64,000 nucleotides of DNA from Kiritimatiellia bacterium (GTDB lineage: Bacteria > Verrucomicrobiota > Kiritimatiellia > SLOV01). A model generated the notes under the pieces. The model was not told the origin of the DNA and did no database searches. It saw only the letters and a program-made list of their open reading frames with translations. Within the stretch, counting starts at the first letter, position 1. Every line of letters starts with the position of its first letter. Below, piece by piece: positions 35,568 to 45,840 of the stretch. A program made the translations under genes and the position numbers. The stretch spans positions 8,460 through 72,459 of the forward strand of contig CAUZEO010000002.1 of NCBI GenBank assembly GCA_963578625.1. The letters run 5' to 3'.

Positions 35568-38500
35568 ATGAGCCTGCGAAACGATGCTGGGATGGCTCAG
35601 CGGGACTTGAAGCACCTGGGGGCACTCTTCGATCCAGGGGAGGATCGGTCTGTCCAGGCCCTGTCGACGTCGGCCTTGGCATACGTTTTACTCCGGGCCC
35701 GCGACTATTTTACTAATTCTATTCTGTGCGTCACCGACGGACCCCGGACCCAGGATCAGCTGTTCCACGACCTCCTCTCTCTCGATGCCGGCTCCGAGGA
35801 GAATTTGGCTTTCTATCCCGGATGGGAAACGCTGCCCGACGAGGATAGCGGACCTCACCCGGACATTGTCGGAGACCGCCTTGCGGTTCTCCACGCACTC
35901 TCCCAACCCGCCGCGCCGAAAGTTACGATCACCACCGTGCAGGCGATCATGCAAAAGACAATTTCACTTGATCGGCTCCGGAAAGACACGCTGAAACTCT
36001 CCCTTGGAGACGACACCGGACCGGAAAAACTGACCGCTTCGCTCAGCGCATTGGGATACCGGTTCCAGGTGCAGATCTCGGAAAAAGGAGAAGCCGCAGT
36101 ACGGGGCTGCATTCTCGACGTGTGGCCTCTCTCCGAACCGTGGCCTCTTCGCCTGGATTTCTTCGGTGACTCCCTGGAGTCGATCCGGGCCTTTGACCCC
36201 AACACCCAACGCAGCATCGAAACGCGGCAGGAAGCGACAATCTCTCCGGCGGCGGAATGGGCCGCGGAGGGAGCCGGACAACTCGACGCGGATCTCTTCG
36301 ATGCGATACACGGAGACACCTGTTTCGTGTGGCTGGATCCTCCGATCCTGGCACTGCATGCAGAGGTCTTTGAAGAAACGGTTGAGGAACTGTCCCATGG
36401 CGCGCTGGCGCTCACCTACCAGGAAGCGCAGGCCCGCGCAGCGAATTGCTCGACATTCGGAAGTCTGTACATTGGCGCCGGTCCGGACTCGGATGCGGAG
36501 TTCGCTGCTCTCGGCATCCGCGCCGTCGAAGGAATTCCCGCGGTCCCGGGTCCTTCCGATTCCCCGGATCCATTGGAAAAAGAAAGAATTCGCTTTCTCG
36601 CCGAGCTTGACGGAGCAAGAACGGGAGGCGCCCGGGTGAGCTTCTACTTCAACACCGAGGGAACCAGGGATCGGTTTGCCGGATTCGTGGCAGCGCACGT
36701 ACCTGGATTACACCAACACGCCGAACGGCACCTGGGACAGCTATCGGAAGGGTTTGAAGTACCGGGGACCGGCCGAATCGTGGTGTCGGAAAGCGATGTG
36801 TACGGCACGCGCAAAGCCGTTCGCGGGCGATATGACCTTCATGCGTCACGAAGAGGCCCAAGCCGGCTTGCGAGCTTGCACGTACTGGATTGGACCGACT
36901 TGCGGCCGGGCGAATTTGTGGTGCACATCGAGCACGGGATTGGCAAATACCTTGGACTCCAGGAAATCGAGACCCACGGCACGACCCAGGAAGTGCTATC
37001 AGTGGAGTACGCAGAGAAAGCGCGTCTCTATATCCCGGTTGGCCAAACCCACTTACTCTCCCGATATGTTGGGACCGGGGCCAAACCGCCCGGCCTCCAC
37101 CGGCTCGGCGGTCGTCGATGGAAAAACGAAAAACGGGCGGCTCAACTGGCGGTGCGCGACCTGGCTGCCATGATGATGGAAACGCAGGCACTGCGGGACA
37201 CCCACGCGGGATTCGCATTCGCGCCGGACGACGATTGGCAGCGCGAATTTGAAGCTTCCTTCCCCTATCAGGAGACACGGGATCAACACCAGGCGATTCA
37301 GGACGTGAAGGCCGATATGGAGCGCCCCCGGCCCACGGATCGGCTTGTGTGCGGGGATGTGGGGTACGGTAAAACAGAAATTGCGATGCGCGCCGCGTTC
37401 AAGGCGGTCATGAGCGGAAAACAAGTAGGAATGCTGGTTCCGACAACCGTGCTCGCCCAGCAGCACTACGACACATTCCGCGCGCGAATGAAGGCATTTC
37501 CCATCACCATCGAAATGTTGAGCAGGTTTCAGACCCGGTCCCGGATGACGGACATCACCGGGCAACTACGCGCCGGATCCGTAGACATCGTTATCGGCAC
37601 TCACCGCCTTCTTCAGCGTGATGTCGAATTTCAGGACTTGGGATTGCTGATCATCGACGAGGAACAGCGCTTCGGCGTGGAACAGAAAGAGTATTTCAAA
37701 CAGGTCCGTCAGTTGGTTGATGTCCTGACGCTGAGCGCAACACCGATCCCGAGGACCTTGTATCTGAGCCTGCTCGGCGCCAAGGACATGAGCACCATTC
37801 AAACTCCGCCCCAGGAACGGCTTCCTATCGAAACCTTCATCAGCCCCTACAGCGAAGATCTCATCCGCCATGCGGTCCTGCGAGAACTAAATCGCGAGGG
37901 GCAGGTCTATTTTTTGCACAACCGCGTACTTTCGATTAGGCGCGTCGAGGATCGCCTCAAACACCTCGTGCCGGAAGCAAAAATTGCCGTCGGGCATGGC
38001 CAGATGAAGGAAGGTGAACTGGCCACGGTCATGCGAGCATTCTACGAAGGATCGATCGACGTCCTGCTCTGCACGACCATCATTGAGAGCGGGGTCGACA
38101 TTCCGAACGTCAACACGATTATCATCGATCGCGCGGACCGCTTCGGTCTCGCGGAATTGTACCAGCTTCGGGGTCGGGTCGGCCGCTACAAACACCAGGC
38201 GTACGCATACCTGCTGCTCCCGCCGAGCGGCTCCATGATCAGCGCCGCGCGCAGGCGGATCTCAGCCCTGCAGAGATACGGAAGTCTCGGCGCCGGCTTC
38301 AAATTGGCGCTCAAGGATCTCGAAATACGCGGTACGGGGAATCTTCTGGGGGCAGAGCAGAGCGGTCATATTGGGGCAGTCGGTTTCGAGCTCTACTGCC
38401 AGTTCCTCACCCGAACTGTGGCACGACTTCAGGGAGAAGTAGTTCCGTCCCTGATCGAAACGGAGCTGAAACTGGACTTTCTGAACTTCAGCACCGCCGC

Positions 38501-38888
38501 TGCGGACGGAGAAGACGGCGCTGTCATTCCTCTCTCCTACATTGACGACGAGGATCTTCGGGTACATGCGTACCGGAAAATATCAACCACCAGTTCGGAA
38601 GAGGCGATCGACGCCCTCTTTTCAGAATTTGGCGACAGATTCGGCCCGGTACCCTCCGCCGTGAATCGCCTGCTGAAAATGTGCCGGGTTCGTATACTCG
38701 CGGCGTCCAAAGACATCACCCTCGTCGAAACACGCGGAGATCGAGTGATGATGACCCGAAACAATGACTACCTGAAAGATGGGTCCCGGTTCCCTAGACT
38801 CACCGCACCCGCCGCAGACGCACGCCTGAACCAATTGATTACAATCGTCCGAAACGCAACTTCACGCGAAACAGGTGTCCCCGGGTAA
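35568..38888 (+). CDS. mfd: transcription-repair coupling factor
   Basis: 1106 aa. UvrB-homology N-terminus, CarD-like RNAP-interacting domain (GEFVVHIEHGIGKYLG), Walker A GDVGYGKTE, DEEQRFG, TRCF C-terminal domain. Confidence 0.95.
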   Translation: MSLRNDAGMAQRDLKHLGALFDPGEDRSVQALSTSALAYVLLRARDYFTNSILCVTDGPRTQDQLFHDLLSLDAGSEENLAFYPGWETLPDEDSGPHPDIVGDRLAVLHALSQPAAPKVTITTVQAIMQKTISLDRLRKDTLKLSLGDDTGPEKLTASLSALGYRFQVQISEKGEAAVRGCILDVWPLSEPWPLRLDFFGDSLESIRAFDPNTQRSIETRQEATISPAAEWAAEGAGQLDADLFDAIHGDTCFVWLDPPILALHAEVFEETVEELSHGALALTYQEAQARAANCSTFGSLYIGAGPDSDAEFAALGIRAVEGIPAVPGPSDSPDPLEKERIRFLAELDGARTGGARVSFYFNTEGTRDRFAGFVAAHVPGLHQHAERHLGQLSEGFEVPGTGRIVVSESDVYGTRKAVRGRYDLHASRRGPSRLASLHVLDWTDLRPGEFVVHIEHGIGKYLGLQEIETHGTTQEVLSVEYAEKARLYIPVGQTHLLSRYVGTGAKPPGLHRLGGRRWKNEKRAAQLAVRDLAAMMMETQALRDTHAGFAFAPDDDWQREFEASFPYQETRDQHQAIQDVKADMERPRPTDRLVCGDVGYGKTEIAMRAAFKAVMSGKQVGMLVPTTVLAQQHYDTFRARMKAFPITIEMLSRFQTRSRMTDITGQLRAGSVDIVIGTHRLLQRDVEFQDLGLLIIDEEQRFGVEQKEYFKQVRQLVDVLTLSATPIPRTLYLSLLGAKDMSTIQTPPQERLPIETFISPYSEDLIRHAVLRELNREGQVYFLHNRVLSIRRVEDRLKHLVPEAKIAVGHGQMKEGELATVMRAFYEGSIDVLLCTTIIESGVDIPNVNTIIIDRADRFGLAELYQLRGRVGRYKHQAYAYLLLPPSGSMISAARRRISALQRYGSLGAGFKLALKDLEIRGTGNLLGAEQSGHIGAVGFELYCQFLTRTVARLQGEVVPSLIETELKLDFLNFSTAAADGEDGAVIPLSYIDDEDLRVHAYRKISTTSSEEAIDALFSEFGDRFGPVPSAVNRLLKMCRVRILAASKDITLVETRGDRVMMTRNNDYLKDGSRFPRLTAPAADARLNQLITIVRNATSRETGVPG

Positions 38889-38910
38889 CGAAGCCCACCC
38901 GGAGCCCCAG

Positions 38911-39288
38911 CTACGCGCTATGGCAGCACATGAGGATCCCCGTATGTGCACGTCGGATCAATGCCGACTTCGTGTATTTCGTACGAATTATTGAACGGTT
39001 CGATAAGCTCATCGAATGGCCGAGGTATGGGGCTATCTCATCGGAGGTAACCACCGTCCCGTTGGGCATGTTCTCGGTGATCGCGAACAATTCCTTCCCG
39101 ATTGAAACGATTCGGAGATTGTTGATACAGGTATTTTTGGCGGTATTACTTTGTGCGCGGAACCAGAACGGCAGTGCCAAGGTTACCAGCGTGCCGACAA
39201 TCGCGACAATGATCAAAATTTCAAGCAGGGAGAACCCGCTCGCCTTTCGACCGTTCTTCACACGCACCTTTCTCTCTAGATCGATCAT
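38911..39288 (-). CDS. PulG-like prepilin-type N-terminal cleavage/methylation protein (probable C-terminal frameshift)
   Basis: GRKASGFSLLEILIIVAIVGTLVTLALP prepilin signal, then NTCINNLRIVSIGKELFAITEN. Adding one C to the C4 run (39029-39032) gives a family-typical tail ..PFDELIEPFNNSYEIHEVGIDPTCTYGDPHVLP, stopping at 38918. Confidence 0.65.
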   Translation of the reverse strand: MIDLERKVRVKNGRKASGFSLLEILIIVAIVGTLVTLALPFWFRAQSNTAKNTCINNLRIVSIGKELFAITENMPNGTVVTSDEIAPYLGHSMSLSNRSIIRTKYTKSALIRRAHTGILMCCHSA

Positions 39289-39336
39289 CCGTGTCGACTC
39301 CGCTATCCGGGTCCCGGCGCCATGGGCTCATCCGTA

Positions 39337-41283
39337 TCAGTGAGCGCCGGCGCCTGACAAACTCAGCAATTCCGAAATTGCTCCAATCAGTTCTTCTTTG
39401 GTGTATGGCTTGTTTAAAATCTTGTCCACGAACTCCGGGTGTTGTCCCTGGTCCTTCATCATGGATCCGAATCCTGTAACCATCAGAACCGATATATCGG
39501 GCTGCAACTCTTTGACACGCTTTGCGACCTCGTCACCGCTCATGTCGGGCATCGCGCGATCCGTCAACACCACGTCAAAAGCCCCTTCGAAAAACTTCTG
39601 AATGCCCTCGGTTCCTGAGGACGCGGACGTTACGTCGTGCCCATTACGTTCGAGCATTTTACACATGACCCGGGATACGTCCGCGTCATCATCGATCGCA
39701 AGCAATCGCAGCTTCGGTAACTTTTCCGATGCTACATGCACGGGTGCTTCCTCTATCGCATAGCCTTCGACAGAGGGGAAGCGCATCGAAACCTTGGTTC
39801 CGACGCCACTCGTCGCGGAGGAAAAATCAATCGACCCATTGTGACGCTGCACGGTTCCCGTGACCACTGTGAGCCCTATGCCCGCTGACTCCTTCCTGGT
39901 TGTGACGAATGGCTCGCTGCAGTATTGCCGGGTTTTCTCATCCATTCCGCCGCCGCTGTCCGATACCGTCAGGACAACATCCTCTCCATCCATTTCGGTG
40001 GAAAACGTCAATTCCCCGCCGCGTGGCATGGCTTCGACCGCGTTGATGATCAGGTTGGTGACGGCCTCGACCAGGCTGTCATGATCCCCCTCAATGGCCG
40101 AAATATTCTCCCGCTTCTCTACGATATTGACGCGAATATTCTCCGCTTCCATTTGCTCCTTCCACATGGGCCGGGTTAGGAAAATTGCCTTTCCAACGAC
40201 CTTTCTCAAATCTACCGCCTGTTTTCGCACCTTTTCGTGCGGAGAGAAGAACTCGGCAAGTTGCTTTATCACGCGGGTGGCGCGGATGGCGGAGTCGTGG
40301 ACCATTGTGAAGTAATCCCGCAACTCCTCGGGGTCTCGAGTTGGGTCATCGTCGCTTTTCAACATCTCCGTCACCCCGATAATCGGTGTGAGCGCTTCGT
40401 TTAAGTCTCGCATCATGCCGCTAGAAATCTGTTTCAACACCAGCAGGCGCTCCTGCTGAATGCTCTGCGACTGAGCACACTTCAGTTTGTCCATCGCGGC
40501 TCCCAGTTTCTCGTTCGAAATTCGAAGATCTTCCGCCTTCTTTTTGTGGGCGATACACTCCTGTTCGAGTGCTTCGTGCGATTCCTGCAGATCATCCGAC
40601 ATCTTGTTGAAAGAGGCGGCTAGCTCCCCGAGTTCGTCGGCGCTTTCCATATCCACCCTGTGTGAGAGGTCGCCTGCGGCGATTCGCCGGGTCCCTTCGC
40701 CCAGCAAGGTGATTCCCTGGGAAATGCGACGACTGGCGAGAATAGCAGTAATGGACAACATCCCGGGAAGTACGACGATCATGAGAGCAAGCCACACGAA
40801 CAACATCTTGAGTATGTCCCCGATTTCCGCCTCCCGCACGTCCATGAGCATTGAAGCATTCGCGATCAGGGCATCGGTCCGAAACAAGAGATCATGCCCT
40901 TCAGCAGACGCCGTGCTCACCAAACCATCCTGCAAGTTCGGCTCGAGCGTCTTAAACGAACGGTTGATCTCCCGCAGTGAGCCCACCAGCCCGGCAATGA
41001 CAAAATCATCCTTGGTTCCGATTCCTCCAAGGTTGTTGATGTCTCGGGTGACCCGGCCCATTTTGCCGGTCCACAATCGCCGCGAGTCTTCATTGGGGTC
41101 GCTCAGCATATCGCCCGCGGCACGCTTCAACTCCAGGCCCTTTTCCACGAGGCGGCCGGCGGCCTGTTGATCCTCCGTTGCCCGGGTCATCGTATCGTAA
41201 AGACGAAAGGCGCCAAAACAGATACAGCCGGCTAGAAGTAGCGGGACTACAGCACAAACAAATAGTCGGGTCTTAACTTTCAT
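39337..41283 (-). CDS. hybrid sensor histidine kinase/response regulator (TM sensor, HAMP, HisKA, HATPase_c, REC)
   Basis: Start moved to ATG 41283 (MKVKTRLFVCAVVPLLLAGC). A second TM, HAMP (RIAAGDLSHRVD), an HATPase with DSGGGMD, and a C-terminal receiver LRLLAIDDDADV..FDVVLTDRAMPDMSG. Confidence 0.85.
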   Translation of the reverse strand: MKVKTRLFVCAVVPLLLAGCICFGAFRLYDTMTRATEDQQAAGRLVEKGLELKRAAGDMLSDPNEDSRRLWTGKMGRVTRDINNLGGIGTKDDFVIAGLVGSLREINRSFKTLEPNLQDGLVSTASAEGHDLLFRTDALIANASMLMDVREAEIGDILKMLFVWLALMIVVLPGMLSITAILASRRISQGITLLGEGTRRIAAGDLSHRVDMESADELGELAASFNKMSDDLQESHEALEQECIAHKKKAEDLRISNEKLGAAMDKLKCAQSQSIQQERLLVLKQISSGMMRDLNEALTPIIGVTEMLKSDDDPTRDPEELRDYFTMVHDSAIRATRVIKQLAEFFSPHEKVRKQAVDLRKVVGKAIFLTRPMWKEQMEAENIRVNIVEKRENISAIEGDHDSLVEAVTNLIINAVEAMPRGGELTFSTEMDGEDVVLTVSDSGGGMDEKTRQYCSEPFVTTRKESAGIGLTVVTGTVQRHNGSIDFSSATSGVGTKVSMRFPSVEGYAIEEAPVHVASEKLPKLRLLAIDDDADVSRVMCKMLERNGHDVTSASSGTEGIQKFFEGAFDVVLTDRAMPDMSGDEVAKRVKELQPDISVLMVTGFGSMMKDQGQHPEFVDKILNKPYTKEELIGAISELLSLSGAGAH

Positions 41284-41667
41284 AATCTCTACTCGCGCTT
41301 TGCACAGAACGGTGCGGATTACCTGGATCGGCGTTTGGACCAAGCCTGCAGAAACAATCACACCGTTTCCCGCGCAACTTATCCCGGGAGCACGATCCAT
41401 ACCGCGACTCACAACTCACAATGTAAGCAACGTGAACAGCCATCCTAATGCCTGACCGTAAAAGTTCTAACCCACTGACAATTAAAAGGTTGCAATACTC
41501 CTTGAGGCACGGCCTTTTGCATCGGGAAATGGAGATCCCGATGACACTTTGCCCATAAACAGCGCACTCGAGGTTCCATTTCTGCGAAGGTAGCCATTTG
41601 GGCCATTCACCACTGCAAACGCTGCCGATTCTCTTGCATTTATCGAAAAATCAAGAATCATCGGGCA

Positions 41668-42381
41668 ATGAAGGTTGCACAGTTGAAGGGGGTCGCACTC
41701 CCGCTGTTTGGAATCTGCTTTATGAACGAGTCCCTAGCCGGTCAGCCTATTCGCTTCGTCCCCCTGCCCGCGCAGCAAGCTCTTCATGTCGCTTGGCCAA
41801 CGCGTAACCAGTCCCTTCGCTCTACGCCGGAACTTTTCTTTGCAACCACGAGGGAAAACGCCGACTACGGAAAGCCCGGCTGGACACGAAATTGCGGAAA
41901 GCGATTCCATCGCGGCTGCGATATCTCACCGGTCCGGAAATCTGCAACCGGCAAGACGACGATCGTATTTTTTTCTGCCTGCGAATCACAGACCGAATAC
42001 AAAAGCGAAGAGCCGACCTTTATCCCGCATGATGAAATATTTTCCGTTTATGCCGGAGTCGTTGAAGAAGCCGTTTTGATTGAAAAGGAGTCGGACTTTG
42101 GCTTGCACATCGTGCTGATGCATCATTGGCCCGGCACTCGTCGGCCGTTCTATACGCTGTACGGCCACCTGGCCGAAGTACATGCAGAAGTGGGTCGCCC
42201 GATTAAAAAGGGAGAACGAATAGGATTGATGGGACAGACCAGTCGAATCGCTGATGCAAGAAACTGGCTCTCCGTCGTCCCCCACCTGCACTTCGAAGTG
42301 TGGAATGAGGAAAAGAAAGCGTACAACCCCGCGCTCTTTCTGGATCATTATGCACCGCGACCGCAGCGCGAAACCGACTGA
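41668..42381 (+). CDS. M23 family metallopeptidase (LytM-like)
   Basis: HxxxD in RFHRGCDISP, YTLYGHLAEVHAEVGRPIKKGERIGLMGQTS, HxH in VVPHLHFEVW. Signal-like N-terminus. Confidence 0.8.
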   Translation: MKVAQLKGVALPLFGICFMNESLAGQPIRFVPLPAQQALHVAWPTRNQSLRSTPELFFATTRENADYGKPGWTRNCGKRFHRGCDISPVRKSATGKTTIVFFSACESQTEYKSEEPTFIPHDEIFSVYAGVVEEAVLIEKESDFGLHIVLMHHWPGTRRPFYTLYGHLAEVHAEVGRPIKKGERIGLMGQTSRIADARNWLSVVPHLHFEVWNEEKKAYNPALFLDHYAPRPQRETD

Positions 42382-42588
42382 TAGGCGAACCTTTTCCTGA
42401 TTCCGGATTCGTCTTATATGATGCTGGAGTGAATAGCGTTCCAATTCGGAATCTCTTACTCCTCCGCCTACTTCAGACCCTGCTCCCTGCACCATTTCAT
42501 CGCACTCTCGTTATCGAGCGTGGCGCGGTGGAACGAGTACACCGCCAGATACATCGGTGCCGGCACGACACTCTGACCGCAACGTGCG

Positions 42589-44820
42589 CTACGACTCCGG
42601 GTCCACCAGTCGAAAAAACTCGATATCCTGGGCAGCGAGAACGAGGGCGGAAGGCGGCAACCCTTCCGTATTGATAACCAGCCTGCGGTAGGATGAGGTG
42701 TAGACATCGAGATCTTCACCCTCCTCAGGTGGACGTATCCCCATGAGAACAAGATCTGTATCCCGTGATGTTTCCCGCATCATTTCAAATACGTCGGGCC
42801 TGTCCTTGACCATAACATCCACTTTCGCTTCGATTCGCTGCGTTTGGATGTACTCTTGTAGAATTCTTTCCGCATCCCCCCGGGACTCATCCGAGTCTAC
42901 TATCTGCCGGATGACAAGCCCTGCCGACGTCCAACCGGCACTACGCTTCATGGTATAAGCCAGGGTAAGCATAAGGCCGATATTCGCATGATCGCCACGC
43001 CACCAGATGTCAATTCGAGCTCCATGGAGAAGGCTTGGAGCATCCGCCTCCTCGTGAGCAGGCTCCCGGACAATCACGAGGTTGCGACGGGACCGGTATA
43101 AGTCCAGAGTGAGACGAGCGAAGGCCGGGAAACTATCTTCATCCTGCGATTCGCCGATCAGGACGGTGTTCGGTTCGAGCGACCCGAACCCATAGCCCCT
43201 GATAAGTTCGAGGGCACCGGGCAGCGGTGCAGAACCTCGAAAGATTTTGACGTGCGCTTCGATGCCTCGCCGATGGAGAAAGCTGCGAATGGCGTCGGAG
43301 GCGGTGTCCTCACGTTCAGCGCTCCACGCGGATTCGGGTAGAAACGTGGCCACCGTCAGGAAGTTTTGATTTCCGGAGATGGCATGCGCCAGTTCAATCA
43401 GGTGCCACCGTCGGGTGGGCGCGCCGCTGAACACCAGGATATTCGGCTTCCAGGTTCTTTCGTCTGGCTTCATCCCCTCCAACTGCCGGAGAGCTGAGCG
43501 GGCGGCAAGCATGTATATCCCGTATTTCATGTCGCCCCATTGGCCGCGAATGCTTCTCCGTTTCATGATCGCATACACCGCGGCGGAAACGAGAAGCGCG
43601 AGGATGGTCGCACCGGCGTTGATCATGAACATGACAGCGAAGCAACCCAATGCACCGAACAACGAAACCCAGCCGGGAATGCGGAAAGCAGGCCGCCACG
43701 AAGGCGTTCCGATGGTTGCTTCCAAACCGGCCGATACATTCAGAACCCCGTAGGACGTCAGAAAAAACATGGAGAGAACCGGGGCAATGACGTTGAGATC
43801 CCCGGCAAGAATTCCTCCCAGCGCTATTAAAAACGCAATGAGCGTAGCAATTCGCGGATCGTTGTTTTTGCCAAAGCCCCGGCCCATTGCCCTCGGGAGA
43901 ACCCCGTCGCGTGCGAGCGCCTGCAAGGTGCGCGGTGCGCCGAGCATCGCGCCCATCCCGCTGGATAACGCCGCGCACCAGACGCCGACAACAATGAGTC
44001 CGCCCCACTTCGCGACGTCCCGCATAATCATGGTGTCGCTCACAAGTCGATCTAAATCCGGCACCCGCTGCGCTAGAAATATGGGAATCAGGAGATAGAC
44101 CGAAAAGCCGACGCCAATGGCCACCAGCGTTCCCAAAGGCAGGGATCGGGAAGGGTTTTTCAGATCGCCGGACATCGCAATGCCGGCCTCGATTCCCGTC
44201 ACTGCAGGAAAAAATACGGCAAATACGGCCCAAAACGGGAATCGAACAACCGGTTCGCTGGAAGGGATCAGCTCAGGGCCGACCGGCGCCCCGGCAAAGA
44301 AAGAAACGAGAGACGCGACAATGAGAGCCAGAATAACCAGCTGCGCCCGGAGCGCCATGTCGGCCGAGATATACGCCAACGCGGTAAGCGCACATAGAGT
44401 CACAACACCTGCAGTGCGAGGATCTACGCCCGGAAAGACACCCGCCAGTGCCTCAGAAAACCCCGCAATGTAGAAGGACACGCCCAAAGCCTGCGCAAAG
44501 AACAGGGGAAGTCCCACCGCGGCACCTGCTTCCACCCCGAGAGATCGGGAAATGATAAAGTATGCGCCCCCCCCTCCCACCCGCCGGTTTGTTGCCAGCG
44601 CAGACATAGAAAGCGCCGTCAGAAAAGTGATTAAAGTGGCCAGCGTTACTATGAGAAGCGTTTTTGCGAGCCCAACCTGCCCCAGGACCCATCCGAAGCG
44701 GAGATACATAATGACGCCGAGGATGGTGAGGACACTTGGAACGAAGACTCCCTTGAAGGTTCCGAATCCGTATCCCTCGTCCAAACTGGATTCGGACGTA
44801 GTCTTCGCTGGATCACCCAT
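42589..44820 (-). CDS. SLC12/CCC-like cation-chloride cotransporter family permease (APC superfamily) with large cytosolic C-terminal domain
   Basis: Start moved to ATG 44820 (MGDPAKTT). FGTFKGVFVPSVLTILGVIMYLRFGWVLGQVGL is the characteristic first TM block. About 12 TM segments plus a soluble tail of about 270 aa. Confidence 0.8.
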   Translation of the reverse strand: MGDPAKTTSESSLDEGYGFGTFKGVFVPSVLTILGVIMYLRFGWVLGQVGLAKTLLIVTLATLITFLTALSMSALATNRRVGGGGAYFIISRSLGVEAGAAVGLPLFFAQALGVSFYIAGFSEALAGVFPGVDPRTAGVVTLCALTALAYISADMALRAQLVILALIVASLVSFFAGAPVGPELIPSSEPVVRFPFWAVFAVFFPAVTGIEAGIAMSGDLKNPSRSLPLGTLVAIGVGFSVYLLIPIFLAQRVPDLDRLVSDTMIMRDVAKWGGLIVVGVWCAALSSGMGAMLGAPRTLQALARDGVLPRAMGRGFGKNNDPRIATLIAFLIALGGILAGDLNVIAPVLSMFFLTSYGVLNVSAGLEATIGTPSWRPAFRIPGWVSLFGALGCFAVMFMINAGATILALLVSAAVYAIMKRRSIRGQWGDMKYGIYMLAARSALRQLEGMKPDERTWKPNILVFSGAPTRRWHLIELAHAISGNQNFLTVATFLPESAWSAEREDTASDAIRSFLHRRGIEAHVKIFRGSAPLPGALELIRGYGFGSLEPNTVLIGESQDEDSFPAFARLTLDLYRSRRNLVIVREPAHEEADAPSLLHGARIDIWWRGDHANIGLMLTLAYTMKRSAGWTSAGLVIRQIVDSDESRGDAERILQEYIQTQRIEAKVDVMVKDRPDVFEMMRETSRDTDLVLMGIRPPEEGEDLDVYTSSYRRLVINTEGLPPSALVLAAQDIEFFRLVDPES

Positions 44821-44884
44821 GATGCTTTCCTGTAATAATGTACCTTCACCAATGTGAAAAGCGAAAGACTGAGAAGATTCGGAT

Positions 44885-45727
44885 ATGCCCAAACGAAAAC
44901 AATCACTGACTTCCCGCACTGCCGACCGGTACGTCCTTTATGAAAACGCTGTCCAGGGTATCGAAGGGCAGATCGACTTTCTGTCCGGAATCTTTCGGCG
45001 GCGGCGAGGGCGGGTGCCCCAAACATTCAGGGAGGATTTCTGCGGAACCGCCGCACTTTCCTGCGAGTGGGTGAAACGATCCGGCTCAAACCATGCCTGG
45101 GGCATCGATCTCGACAAGACAACTCTGGACTGGTGCCGGGCCAACAACCTTCCTCGGATCGGCGAAGCCGCGGAGCGCGTCCACCTGCTTCGGGAAGATG
45201 TGCTATCCGTGAAAACACCACCGGTAGATCTTGTGGGCGCATTCAATTTTTCATTCAATATTTTCAAAGACCGTAATGTGCTGAGGGACTATTTTTCCGC
45301 CGTATACAAGTCCCTCGCAAAGGATGGAATGTTCGTGCTCGACGAGTTCGGTGGATCAGAAGGCCATGCAACCACAAAAGATAAGCGAAAAATAAAGGAC
45401 GGTGTGGCCCAGGATGGGACGCCTCTCGAGCCTTATACCTACATCTGGGACCAGGCGAACTACAATCCGCTGACCCACGAGATTTGCTGTCACATTCACT
45501 TTGCATTCAAAGACGGGACTCGGATGAAACGCGCGTTCACGTACGATTGGAGGTTGTGGACGGTACCGGAACTTCGAGATCTTCTGGCCGAAGTGGGATT
45601 TCGGAATATCGATGTGTACCTTGAAGGCTGGAATGACGACGACGATGAAGGAGACGGGGTATTTCGACGTCGGACGCAATACGATGGCTGGGAGGCATGG
45701 TATGGATACATTCTTGCCGAAAAATAG
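44885..45727 (+). CDS. class I SAM-dependent methyltransferase
   Basis: 280 aa with motif I FREDFCGTAALSCEW and motif II-like DLVGAFNFSF. Family-level call only. Confidence 0.75.
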   Translation: MPKRKQSLTSRTADRYVLYENAVQGIEGQIDFLSGIFRRRRGRVPQTFREDFCGTAALSCEWVKRSGSNHAWGIDLDKTTLDWCRANNLPRIGEAAERVHLLREDVLSVKTPPVDLVGAFNFSFNIFKDRNVLRDYFSAVYKSLAKDGMFVLDEFGGSEGHATTKDKRKIKDGVAQDGTPLEPYTYIWDQANYNPLTHEICCHIHFAFKDGTRMKRAFTYDWRLWTVPELRDLLAEVGFRNIDVYLEGWNDDDDEGDGVFRRRTQYDGWEAWYGYILAEK

Positions 45728-45840
45728 ATTGGGGAGTAAAAGACACGAAATCGGGCCGTAACCATCGGCGTTGACGTGACTGGAATGGTTCCGAACGACG
45801 AATCCGGGACCTGTTGCCCGCATCCTCGAAACCAGATCGA

